64,000 nucleotides of DNA. Source: Macrostomum lignano (Eukaryota). The notes beneath the pieces are model-generated. The model was given only the letters and a program-made list of their open reading frames with translations, searched no databases and was not told the origin of the DNA. Position numbers and translations under genes: made by a program. The stretch lies in NCBI GenBank assembly GCA_002269645.1, contig NIVC01002179.1, positions 62,001 through 126,000 on the forward strand, in the 5' to 3' direction. Position 1 is the first letter of the stretch, and the number at the start of each line of letters is the position of its first letter. Shown here in pieces: positions 1-10,829 of the stretch.

Positions 1-81
1 CTTTGTCTGATCCTTCTGAAGGTTGCGCAACCGCCTGCGACACTGCGGACAAGTTTGGCTCTGCTTGAACCACTCCAGAAG
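1..81 (-). pseudogene. Fragment of a TRAIP-like RING gene (C-terminal half of the RING), running off the window edge
   Basis: Minus strand reads LEWFKQSQTCPQCRRRLRNLQKDQTK, near-identical to 7800-7870. There is an in-frame TGA at 93-91 and no CxxC/CGHxFH half upstream, so the copy is 5'-truncated or is entered through a weak acceptor. Confidence 0.6.
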
Positions 82-169
82 TAAGCCAAATCATATCGCC
101 AAAATGACCCGGATGGTATACATAAATAGCTCAGTACAATTCTGATACCATAAATGTTTATGACTTGAA

Positions 170-730
170 GTTCAAATTGGATTGCTGTGACACCGAAGCT
201 CAAAGTGGATTGCTGTGAGATGACACACAGAAGCTCAAAGTGGATTGTTGTGACAGAGAAGCTCAAAGGGGATTGCTGTGACACCGAAGCTCAAAAGGGG
301 ATTGCTGTGACACCGAAGCTCAAAAGGGGATTGATGTGACACCGACGCTCAAAGCGGATTGCTGTGATATGACACACAGGAGCTCAAATTGGATTGCTGT
401 AACACAGAAGCTCAAAGTGGATTGTTGTGACACAGAAGCTCAAAGCGGATTGCTGTGATATGACACACAGGAGCTCAAAGTGGATTGCTGTGACACCGAA
501 GCTCAAAGTGGATTGCTATGACACCGAAGCTCAAAGTGGATTGCTGTGACACCGAAGCTCAAAGTCGATTGCTGTGACACCGAAGCTCAATGTGGATTGT
601 TGTGACACCGAAGCTCAATGTCGATTGCTGTGACACCAAAGCTCAAAGGGATTTCTGTGACACCAAAGCTCAAAGGGGATTTCTGTGACATGACACACCG
701 AAGCTAAAAGGGGATTTCTTTTGACACCAA
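170..730. repeat. 28-bp minisatellite (GCTCAAAGTGGATTGCTGTGACACCGAA), with 33-bp variants
   Basis: Direct periodicity, e.g. TGGATT at 481 and 509. Confidence 0.95.
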
Positions 731-1920
731 AGTTCCATGTGGAGTGTGACGATGCTGCCAAAAAACGTAGCGCTAGGGTATCAAAGTTCCAGCAAGTTGC
801 TGTGAATAAATTGAGCATGCACACGATACGTATTCGGCGCGCACTCACAAAGGGTGTACGGAAGTCCTGAGTTTCTCATTGTCAGACAGTGTCCACAGTC
901 TTGCATCTTCTATACCGTATATAACTTACTTAGCTCTCTGTCACGGCCTATGTGTCAGACTAGGGAGCCAGTCGTGTACTCGGCGCTTTAATTAGAGTCA
1001 ATGTACGGTGTTTGTTTTTCATTTATTCCATTGAATACTATGATACCATAGGGTTAGGCATTTCAAAGGCAACAAAAATATTGTTCGTACAAAAATGTGC
1101 AGAAATTGGATGCGCTTGCTGTGTAGAATACGTAACGATGTATAGATATTATTGCTTCTATAAAGCATGATGCAACGATGGATGTCATTCATGGATGCAA
1201 CTCTAACGAGCTATAGTGCCCGCAATTTCAATCTTCTACTTAAAGATCCGTACGAGTATGTCTCTGGGCTGCTTTTTGTGGGGAATCACTTTGCAATAAT
1301 TATTTGTAAACTTGCGCTAGATTTTAGCCACTTAGGAGCGTATTGTCAGTTAGACATGCAGACAACAGCGAAATTTTAACGATAGAGAACATCACATAAT
1401 TAAGGTCAACGTACTTTCGCTTAACTTCCACGTTCGATTGAAGCACAAAAGACGTATTATTTATTAAAATACATGTACTTTTAAAGCGTTGTATAATGTC
1501 TGCATGTAGCTAAAACTACAAAAATAATAACTTGTCAATTACAGAACTTTTGTCAAAACAAATTTAAATTAGGAATTGTCGAAAATTACACAGATTGTAA
1601 AAGAAAAGTCAGTCGATTTGTAATTTAATTTTAAAATGACAAATGATTTTATTGTAACGTTTATGATCACTCTTAACCCGCCGTTTTAACAATTCTTACT
1701 TTAACTAATCACAAAAAAGCTTGATTCATTTGCAATTCAAAGGTCAGAAGATGCAATAGCTACTGGGAATTTAGAGCTAAAAAACGGGCACTTTCTATGT
1801 CTTCAATGCGAGGGAAAATCAGCCCCAAATTTGAACAGATTGCGATAGAGAGCATTCTCCTAGTTTCTATTCTTTGTTGCCATGGCTCAAGAACAGAAAT
1901 TAAACTCATTTTTTTTGCTT

Positions 1921-2628
1921 TCACAAAAGCTCTTCTTCCACTGTCTTTCGAGCCTCTTCCGTGTTTTTTCTCGCCTCAGCGTGTCTTCTAGCTGCCGTCT
2001 CTGCTTCTTTCGTCACTTCTTCTAACAGTTGCGTTGCAGAAGCTAAATCTTGCTCGCCAACTGAATGCTGAGATCTATTATATTCTTCTAAAACCATGCC
2101 AAGTATCTCAAACTTTCCATTAGCATCTTGCTTGGCGTCCATTTCTTGTTGCTCTGCAAGCTTCACATTTTGTAGCAAACCATTTAAACGAGATTTCTGC
2201 TCTTCAACTTGACTGGTGTTTTCATCCAGCGATGTGGCATCGCTAGGCTTGACCTTGTCCAGCTCTTTCATCAGGGCTTTGTTGTTTGAGTTGGCCGCAC
2301 TCAGCTCCTCAAGCGCAACAGCCTTCTCTTGCTCTTCAATGTCCAATGCCTTCATCAGCTGGCTCAAAAAGTTGTCGGTCAGTGGTAGCGACGTGGAACC
2401 TCTGTCTCTGGATTGCTGCAGTTCCACAGCAGAAAAGAAGACCTGCTTAACTGACTCGGGCGATGCAGCTTGTCGACACAGCGGGCAGGTGCGATTAGTT
2501 CGGAGCCAATTAGTGACACACTTGTGAAAGACGTGCGTGCAGTTTGGCAGGATCACACAGTCGCTGTTGCTGTCGAATTGGTCGCTGCAGATAGTGCAGG
2601 TGAGGCCATTGTAGTTGCTGGTAGCCAT
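1921..2628 (-). CDS. Intronless RING-H2 + coiled-coil E3 ligase-like protein (TRAIP-like paralog), about 235 aa
   Basis: ATG at 2628; MATSNYNGLTCTICSDQFD...CTHVFHKCVTNW...TCPLCR followed by an E/K/Q/L-rich coiled coil; TGA at 1923-1921. Confidence 0.8.
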   Translation of the reverse strand: MATSNYNGLTCTICSDQFDSNSDCVILPNCTHVFHKCVTNWLRTNRTCPLCRQAASPESVKQVFFSAVELQQSRDRGSTSLPLTDNFLSQLMKALDIEEQEKAVALEELSAANSNNKALMKELDKVKPSDATSLDENTSQVEEQKSRLNGLLQNVKLAEQQEMDAKQDANGKFEILGMVLEEYNRSQHSVGEQDLASATQLLEEVTKEAETAARRHAEARKNTEEARKTVEEELL

Positions 2629-4753
2629 GGATATAGTAGCTATGCTTGGCCAAATAGAAAATGAAGAACTTCGTTGGCTCAAAGAGACTTTACTCGACCT
2701 AGCGATGCAGTTATAAGTTTTTAAGAGGCTCTTGCTGGGCAGTTAAAATTTTTCAGACATTACGCAGCTTTTACGAGCGTCTTTAGGTGTTCTTTTACAT
2801 TCCGGATCTCTGCAATCCGCGTCTAGAATGCATTCTATTGGACAAAATACGAGCAATAGCCCAAATATGCACAAAAAGTACAGACGACGCTCCAGAATTT
2901 TTTGCATCCGCCAAGAGATGATTTTGTGTCCAGTAGACTCTATCCTATTATTCGCTGTTTTCTCAGCAAGAAACAAAGCAAAACTGAAAGGTAAAGACGA
3001 AATTAATATTGCGTTTTTAAGCTACTTAAAGTATTGCCAGTAGTATTAGCTACTGAGACACCGAGTGATACAGAAGCTCAAAATAGACTGCTGTGAAGCT
3101 CCAAGTGGAGTGAGATAATATTGCCGAAGGTGTTGCACTAGGGTTTCCAAATGCCAGCAGGTTCCTTTGAACAAAATGAACAAGCACACGCATACGTACT
3201 CGTAGCTATATTCGGCCCGTGCACTCACACAAGGTGTACAGAAGTGCTGAGCTTCTCATTGTCAGACAGTGTGCATTTGGATCTTATTTGACGTATATAC
3301 TGTACCCTATAAGTAGCTCTCTGTCAAGGCAGCTTCGTTGCAGACTATGGAGCCAGTCGTGTACTCCGCGCTTTAGTTAGCTAATGTCAAATGTACTGCG
3401 TCTTTCATTTAGCCTGCTATGATAGCTACTATGCGGTTAAGCATTGTAAAGGCCAAAAAGTATTATTCGTGCCATAATGTGCAGAAAGTCTGACTGCGCT
3501 TGCTACATACACTCTAGACTATATGTAACGATTGCTTTTTAGTTTTTATAAACATCCCTATGATAAAGTGTCTTCATGGGTAATTTTTGTCGCAACATAT
3601 TGCAAAAACTTGTTCTTTTTTGTAAACTGCTATAAATTGTAGGTTCTTATAGCCATGTATATAGACATGTAGACAACATAGCTACGAGTATAAGTGTTAA
3701 GAAGAGAAGAGAACAATCATAAAAGGTCAACGTTTTATTGACCTTTGTAGCTACCTACAAAGGCTACCTATCTTATAACATAGTTGTCCTGTAGCTAAAA
3801 CTACATGAAAAAGAAGTACTGTATAATTAGGAAAAATTAAAAGAAATTAAAATTAGAAATCGTAGATAATTACAAACTTTTTAAAGTCCTCGCGCTGTAA
3901 AAAATATTTTTAAGTCCTTTCCGTAAGGAGAACTAAGTGTATTTGTATTGAATTTTAATTCACAGATATATACGTCTTTTCGGATAGTAGATTCAAAGTA
4001 TGAAAGTACATGGCTTTAATGTGATTTGTGAACTTTTCAATCCAGTGAAGTTCCTACTTAATTTAAAGAACAGTTAAATTTCTCGGACATTACACTGTTG
4101 TATTTAAGTGTCCTTTAAAATACGGATCCCTGCATCCGCGTGTACGAGTAGGAAACGTACTAGTGAACAAAAACATGATGAGTAGCTGCACTAGCAAGCC
4201 CACATTTGCACTAGCAAGCTACTTGTAGTACAGATGAAGCTCAATAATTCTTATGCATCCGCCAAGAGATGATGAGTTTCTGTCCAGTAGACTCTATTCC
4301 ATTAGCTATTTCGTCAACATGAAAGTATAGTAAAAGAAAAAGTTGAGGACGAAAAAATAAAGCTTTTTTCATCTACTTTAGGTAGTACGAAATTTGCCAA
4401 TTCCTACGAGCGTATATACTAAAAATGAAAATATTACTAAATTTCCGAATTTAGTGAATATTTATTGTGAATATTTATAGTGAATCCGGACAATTCACGG
4501 ATTTGTACATTTCAGCGGTAAAATAGAGAGAATCTTTTCTGAGGCATAATATACAACTCGAGTATTAGAACGTCAAGAGCAACAAAAATATTGCTCGTGC
4601 AAAGATGTGCAGATCATTCTGACGGCGCTTGCTGCGTAGACTACGTAACGATGCATTTTTGTTTTTTTAACATCTCCGGGCTGCTTTTTGTCGCAACTTT
4701 GCAATCATTTTTTGTAAACTTGTGCTAGATTTGACAAATTCTCTTCAAAAGCA

Positions 4754-5536
4754 TCAATCTCCGCTTGAAGTTATTGACTTTCCACGTTTCAGCGCTTCAA
4801 GTTCACTTCTGGACAATTCTGCTTTAAGGGCATGAAGGTCCGCTTCAAGTTTTGGTTTTTCACGTTTCAGCGCATCAAGTTCACTTCTGGACAATTCTGC
4901 TTTAAGGGCATGAAGGTCCGCTTCAAGTTTTGGTTTTTCACGTTTCAGCGCATCAAGTTCACTTCTGGACAATTCTGCTTTAAGGGCATGAAGGTCCGCT
5001 TCAAGTTTTGGTTTTTCACGTTTCAGCGCATCAAGTTCACTTCTGGACAATTCTGCTTTAAGAGCATGAAGGTCCGCTTCAAGTTTTGGTTTTTCACGTT
5101 TCAGCGCATCAAGTTCACTTCTGGACAGAGGCGTGGCAACACACTGACTGCTAGGCTTGACCTTGTCCAGCTTTTTCATCAGGGCTTTGTTGTTTGAGTT
5201 GGCCGCACTCAGCTCCTCAAGCTCAACAGCCTTCTCTTGCTCTTCAATGTCCAATGCCTTCATCAGCTGGCTCAAAAAGTTGTCGGTCAGTGGTAGCGAC
5301 GCGGAACCTCTGTCTCTGGATTGCTGCAGTTCCACAGCAGAAAAGAAGACCTGCTTAACTGACTCGGGCGATGCAGCTTGTCGACACAGCGGGCAGGTGC
5401 GATTATTTTGGAGCCAATTAGTGACACACTTGTGAAAGACGTGCGTGCAGTTTGGCAGGATCACGCAGTCGCTATTGCTGTCGAACTGGTCGCTGCAGAT
5501 AGTGCAGGTGAGGCCATTGTAGTTGCTGGTAGCCAT
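4754..5536 (-). CDS. Intronless RING-H2 + coiled-coil protein (TRAIP-like paralog) with a 26-aa tandem-repeat C-terminus, 260 aa
   Basis: The first ~130 aa are near-identical to the 2628 copy, followed by 4+ repeats of LSRSELDALKREKPKLEADLHALKAE. Confidence 0.8.
   Translation of the reverse strand: MATSNYNGLTCTICSDQFDSNSDCVILPNCTHVFHKCVTNWLQNNRTCPLCRQAASPESVKQVFFSAVELQQSRDRGSASLPLTDNFLSQLMKALDIEEQEKAVELEELSAANSNNKALMKKLDKVKPSSQCVATPLSRSELDALKREKPKLEADLHALKAELSRSELDALKREKPKLEADLHALKAELSRSELDALKREKPKLEADLHALKAELSRSELDALKREKPKLEADLHALKAELSRSELEALKRGKSITSSGD
4781..5127. repeat. 78-bp in-frame coding tandem repeat (4 full units plus partial units)
   Basis: GTTCACTTCTGGACA recurs at 4801, 4879, 4957, 5035 and 5113. 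Confidence 0.95.
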
Positions 5537-6141
5537 GGATATAGTAGCTATGCTTGGTCAAATGGAAAATAAAGAACTTCGTTGTCTCAAAAGGAGACTC
5601 GACTCGATTTTGGAATGCAAAGTTCTTAAGAGACTGTTGCTCGACAGTTAATTTTTTTCTGGAATTTAGCTGCTTGTATTTATTTGTCTTTTACATTGCG
5701 GATCTCAGCATCCGCGTCTTAAAAAACATGAAAACATGGACAAAAATATGAATAATAATTAACCCCAAGTATGCACGAATAAGTGCAGACAACGTTCAAT
5801 AATTCTATTCTTATCTCTTCATCGAAGGACGAGTTTCTCCTTCGGTAGAAGTAGACTCTATATCACATTCGCTATTTTCCCAGTAAGAACAGAAAGGTAA
5901 AGACGAAGTTAAGCATCGCGCTTTTAAGCTACTTAAAGTAGTATAAAATTTCCAGTATTTTGTTATATTTTCGAATAATTACACGAATTTTTATATTTGT
6001 GCGGTAAGATAAAAAAATATTTTGCGACGCATAATACAACACGGATGGATTGGTCTGTATGCTTTAAGAAATCAGTCTTGGGGGCGTAAAATATATAATA
6101 CACCACTGTATACTCTAACAATCTCTTGAAGTACCATCATT

Positions 6142-6627
6142 TTACAAAGCATTGACACCATCGATTGAGTGGTCACTAGTACGGATCTCAGCCTCACCCA
6201 CGATCGGCAAGATTGGCAAGGAGCCAAAAGATGACTCTTCAGTCTTCTTGCAACTATTGGCACCTGCCTCTGAGAGTAGCAGATGACGAGTCGCTAGGTG
6301 AAAACTGTTCAAACGTTTCGACAGCTGGAAGCTCTCAGCCTCTACAGCGAGAATTTTGTCTGCCAGGTCCATGTTGCGCGACTTTTCAATCTCCAGTGAG
6401 TCCATCAGTTCGATGACCTCCTGTTGGCTATCCTGCAGCTGGTCAAGCATTCTTGCATTGTCTCTTTTCTGATCGGCATTCCGAGCTTCAAGCTGATGAA
6501 GCCTCCCCTCCAGCCTCTTGCGCACGAGTCCTTCTTCATCAAGTTGAGCGCGGAGTTTTCGAGCTTCGTCTGACATTTGTTCGTACTCTTGAGCTAGCAG
6601 CTGCATCAGTTGGCAGTTCTCGGATTC
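6142..6627 (-). CDS. TRAIP: TRAIP/NOPO-like RING E3 ligase, exon 2 (coiled coil)
   Basis: Acceptor ctctgcacag|GAA at 6628/6627 joins in phase 0 to the exon 1 donor (…LAQQ|ESENCQLMQLLAQEYEQ…). The frame is coiled-coil-like up to the stop at 6142. Confidence 0.7.
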   Translation of the reverse strand, partial: ESENCQLMQLLAQEYEQMSDEARKLRAQLDEEGLVRKRLEGRLHQLEARNADQKRDNARMLDQLQDSQQEVIELMDSLEIEKSRNMDLADKILAVEAESFQLSKRLNSFHLATRHLLLSEAGANSCKKTEESSFGSLPILPIVGEAEIRTSDHSIDGVNAL

Positions 6628-6775
6628 CTGTGCAGAGTATAGAGGATGCTTTCCATGAGAAATAAAACTATCAGAGCCAAGAAGCGGCAGAGTTGAAGAG
6701 ATTCTAGAAATATACGCTTGTAGTAGCAGTCTGAAGAAGTTTTAACTCGATCAGTTAAAGCGATTTTAAAAAGTT

Positions 6776-7337
6776 TCTCCTCTCCTCTCCTCTCCTCTCC
6801 TCTCCTCTCCTCTCCTCTCCTCTCCTCTCCTCTCCTCTCCTCTCCTCTCCTCTCCTCTCCTCTCCTCTCCTCTCCTCTCCTCTCCTCTCCTCTCCTCTCC
6901 TCTCCTCTCCTCTCCTCTCCTCTCCTCTCCTCTCCTCTCCTCTCCTCTCCTCTCCTCTCCTCTCCTCTCCTCTCCTCTCCTCTCCTCTCCTCTCCTCTCC
7001 TCTCCTCTCCTCTCCTCTCCTCTCCTCTCCTCTCCTCTCCTCTCCTCTCCTCTCCTCTCCTCTCCTCTCCTCTCCTCTCCTCTCCTCTCCTCTCCTCTCC
7101 TCTCCTCTCCTCTCCTCTCCTCTCCTCTCCTCTCCTCTCCTCTCCTCTCCTCTCCTCTCCTCTCCTCTCCTCTCCTCTCCTCTCCTCTCCTCTCCTCTCC
7201 TCTCCTCTCCTCTCCTCTCCTCTCCTCTCCTCTCCTCTCCTCTCCTCTCCTCTCCTCTCCTCTCCTCTCCTCTCCTCTCTCCTCTCCTCTCCTCTCCTCT
7301 CCTCTCCTCTCCTCTCCTCTCCTCTCCTCTCCTCTCC
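6776..7337. repeat. (TCTCC)n / (GGAGA)n pentanucleotide microsatellite in the intron
   Basis: About 110 near-perfect 5-bp units. Confidence 0.98.
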
Positions 7338-7549
7338 ATTCTCTCCTCGCCTTTCTCTCTTCTCCCCTTTTCTTGTCGCCTCTCTTTTCTTCTCTCCTCT
7401 TGTCTTCTTTATTCCATCTCCTCTCTCTACTCATCTGGCCCGCATTTAGGCGCTACGAGTAAATTCTTTATTTTGCATCCCTGGATGTACAATGTTTGCC
7501 AACCCCTGGGGTATTGTATTCAATGAGTAGCTCTATTTGAACTCTTCAC

Positions 7550-8016
7550 CTGCTGAGCCAGTGACTCCTGGCAACTTCTGAGCTGAGTAGTGTACTCATC
7601 CAGCTGACGCTTCTTCTGGCTGAGATCCCGTTTCATCATGAGGTCTCGCTGCTTGCTCCGTCGCACCTGCTGCTTGGCAAGCTCTTGTTCTTTGGTGACT
7701 TCAGCCAGCTTCGCTCGCAACTCAGCCAGTCCAGGTAGCTCTGCTCCATCACCGGTGCGGTCTTCGCTGCTGTTCTCTTGATCTCCGAAGCTGAGATAGA
7801 TCTTCAGCTGGTCCTTTTGGGGTTGCGCAACCGCCTGCGGCACTGCGGACAAGTTTGACTCTGCTTGAACCATTCGCCTGCGCAGTGACTGTGAAACACG
7901 TGGCCACAGGGTAGAGCTGCCATATCGGAGAACTCGTCAAAGTTGCTGGTGCAAATCAGACATGAGGCTGACGGCTTTGCAGTGGCGGACAGTGACATTG
8001 TCATGCATTCGGCCAT
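7550..8016 (-). CDS. TRAIP: TRAIP/NOPO-like RING E3 ligase, exon 1, with a 1-nt frameshift at about 7820
   Basis: CLICTSNFDEFSDMAALPCGHVFHSHCAGEWFKQSQTCPQCR matches the TRAIP RING-H2 pattern. After a -1 shift it continues QKDQLKIYLSFGDQE and into a coiled coil. Donor CAG|gtgaag at 7550/7549; upstream acceptor ttatttgcag at 8037. Confidence 0.7.
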
Positions 8017-8080
8017 TGCGCGGTGCTACTGGCTACCTGCAAATAATGGTTTAGGTTTGGCTATGGGATTAGGTTAGGTT

Positions 8081-8478
8081 TAGTCAAATGTCACTCATGA
8101 CAGTCAAATGTCACTCATGACAGTCAAATGTCACTTATGACAGTCAAATGCCACTCATGACAGTCAAATGTCACTCATGACAGTCAAATGTCACTCATGA
8201 CAGTCAAATGTCACTCATGACAGTCAAATGTCACTCATGACAGTCAAATGTCACTCATGACAGTCAAATGTCACTCATGACAGTCAAATGTCACTCATGA
8301 CAGTCAAATGTCAATGGCAGTCAAATGTCACTTATGACAGTCAAATGTCACTCATGACAGTCAAATGTCAATGGCAGTCAAATGTCACTCATGACAGTCA
8401 AATGTCACTCATGACAGTCAAATTTCACTCATGACAGTCAAATGTCACTCATGACAGTCAAATGTCAATGGCAGTCGA
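8081..8478. repeat. 20-bp minisatellite (CAGTCAAATGTCACTCATGA)
   Basis: About 19 units directly upstream of the TRAIP-like gene. Confidence 0.97.
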
Positions 8479-10163
8479 AGTGTTTTTAAGAGACCCGTTT
8501 TAAGCTTTGAGTGACGCACTTCTGAAAACTAATTCGAAATGTGGCAATCTGACAGAGTTTCGAGTTTTAGGATCCGTTTTAGGGATTTTTTCAGTATCCC
8601 TTCCCAATGACGTCAATACATGGAGGGCTCCTGATTCTGTGTGAGAGAGAGAGGCTTCAATCTACGGCAGGCATGAGAAGAAAGAACTTACCAAATGGTG
8701 CTCTTTGTTTTTTGTAAGTTGGGATGCCTTGAAATCAGTCGCTGGGTGATTTTTGATAGTCAAAACAGACCCTACCCGTAATAGCCAAGTATAGATTTCA
8801 GCTAGATTCGTCTGTCTAAAAGCTAGCTGCTAAAGGAGTAGGAATTTTCGTTTTCAGTTCATACCTCTAGCGTGCGTACAAGTTGGTAGTTCAGCATGAC
8901 AAACCCAAGCCCAAGCGCTGTACATTCTGCCTAGCTGGGCAGAAGAAAAAATGGCTACTTGATCGTACTTTCCGTTGCATAGAACAAAATAGCTCTCCAA
9001 ATGCACACAATGCCCCAATGTGCACGTTTTTATACATTGGTCAGTGCTTTACTACAGTACAAACGAGAAACTTCTTTCTTGCTCACACCACACGAAGTCG
9101 TCACAACGCTAAACACACTGGCTAATTACTCAATTATTTTTTTGTAAAAATGTTTCTAAAAACTGACTGAGTGCCTTCATGTACAGCTATACTACTTAAG
9201 TACGTAGTTTTGGGTAGATATATTTCTCTTTTAACACGTACAATTTCACCTCTTTCCCTTGGTTTATGCAAGTACTGTACAGCAGTGCAGCAAATAAGTT
9301 TTGTCTTAATCAAAGCGGAACCATGTTGTTTACGCTCGTAGACTGTAAGCAAGGGTCAGTAACCACTTAGACGGTACTTCCAGAGGGTGTAGGGGATGTA
9401 GCAACATGCTAAAGGTTCCATCTCGAAACCAGTGATCCATTTTTCTCAGATTACAGAGCTTCAATTCTAGCCACAACTCTCCACTCTCAATCAGATGTTT
9501 TCGCGGGCCAAGCAGTTGAGGCAGGAAGCGCTGCGTGTGACCAACCCAGGCTGCTCTCTGAGCAACCGTGATGACATCCACGCCTGACTGCGTGATTCCC
9601 TGCACTACCATGGAACTCCAATCCAGTGTAGATTTGATTTCGTCTGGTGGACTGTGCAGCTATTCTATGCTCTGTCTGCGTCTTGATAGAACAAGTATTG
9701 ATAGAACAAGGGGGCTACTAATACAGCTCCTTTATGTTACGTTAGATCAACTGACTCCCTTTATCAGGAATTCAACTGGTTAAAAAACTTATCTCCTAGG
9801 TAAAATCAGGTGAAATATGCATGTAGCTTATGAGGTACCTGTATCTGTTTCATTTGCTATTGACTATTTGTACTCAACACTTCTATTTTGGTTAGATAAA
9901 TACTTAAACACATCACTATTAACAGAGTGAGTAAGTTAACTTGCTTAACAGGTTTTTTTTGATTATCGGTTAAGAAAAACTTAAAAAAATAAATGAAACA
10001 TGCTCCGTCGTGTAATAAAATAAACGACAAAGACAATGGTTTTTTGCGACCTAAAGCAGCCGTGTCTTGAAGAAATTAATCAATTGATAGTCTTTAGTTG
10101 CCCACCACCGTTTGTTTCTTAATTAATATTGTAATCATCCATACAACTCAAAGAGATGCCTTC

Positions 10164-10728
10164 TCAAACCAGGTAGATGAGGAATCGGTCAGCCTTGGCG
10201 CCAGTACGATACGTTGGCGAGTTCTGCTTAGTGTTGTACACCAGCACGGGCGCCTTGCCTGTCCAGAACCGGTTGGACCAGGGGCAGGGATCCTTTTTGT
10301 CCGACACCGCCCAGAAGGCCGTGTCGCCGTTGCAGCCGCCGTACCGATTGCTAATAAAGAACCGTCTCGAGTATCTGGCGTCGCCCTGTGGCGCGAAAAA
10401 GTTGAAACCAGTCGATCCGACAAAGTACGGACTGCTGGACACAACTCGACTAGCCGAGAACCACGAGTGCAAATTCAACGAACGCCTTCTAACTGACACG
10501 TCGAAGAATACCTGCGACACGGGCTTGTTTTTGACTCGCATTTCGGCCACGATAACTTTTTGCCCGACTCGATCACCGTGTCGGCCAGGTTGTCGAGAAG
10601 ATCCGATCGGTACACGTTTGGCAAAGATTTATCGGCCGGAATCGGGTAGGTCTGCTTGGTACTGAATGTGGAGTAGGCGCCTTTAACGATGCCCGATTTG
10701 ATAGTGAACAGAAGAATCTTGTTTCCTT
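10164..10728 (-). CDS. Secreted two-domain protein, exon 3 (second repeat domain), with a 1-nt frameshift at an A5 run (10557-10561)
   Basis: Acceptor gatttcag|AA at 10729/10728. It reads EGNKILLFTIKSG…YRSDLLDNL…ESGK, then in the -1 frame KVIVAEMRV…RRFFISNRYGGCNGDTAFWAVSD..DPCPW…ADRFLIYLV*, colinear with exon 2. Confidence 0.75.
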
Positions 10729-10829
10729 CTGAAATCGTTTTTATTAACTTTAAATTTACGAGATCGTTCTTATTTACTAATGAGTAGCTATTATTGCGTA
10801 TACTGAAGGATTGTGTACTAGCTCAGCAC

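Noticed and set aside
6755-7434. ERRGE-repeat ORFs
   Set aside because: (GGAGA)n microsatellite inside the TRAIP-like intron.
7810-10565. Programmed -1 frameshifting as a shared mechanism
   Set aside because: Neither site is a canonical X_XXY_YYZ heptamer; both are homopolymer single-base gaps typical of long-read error. They are kept only as low-interest findings.
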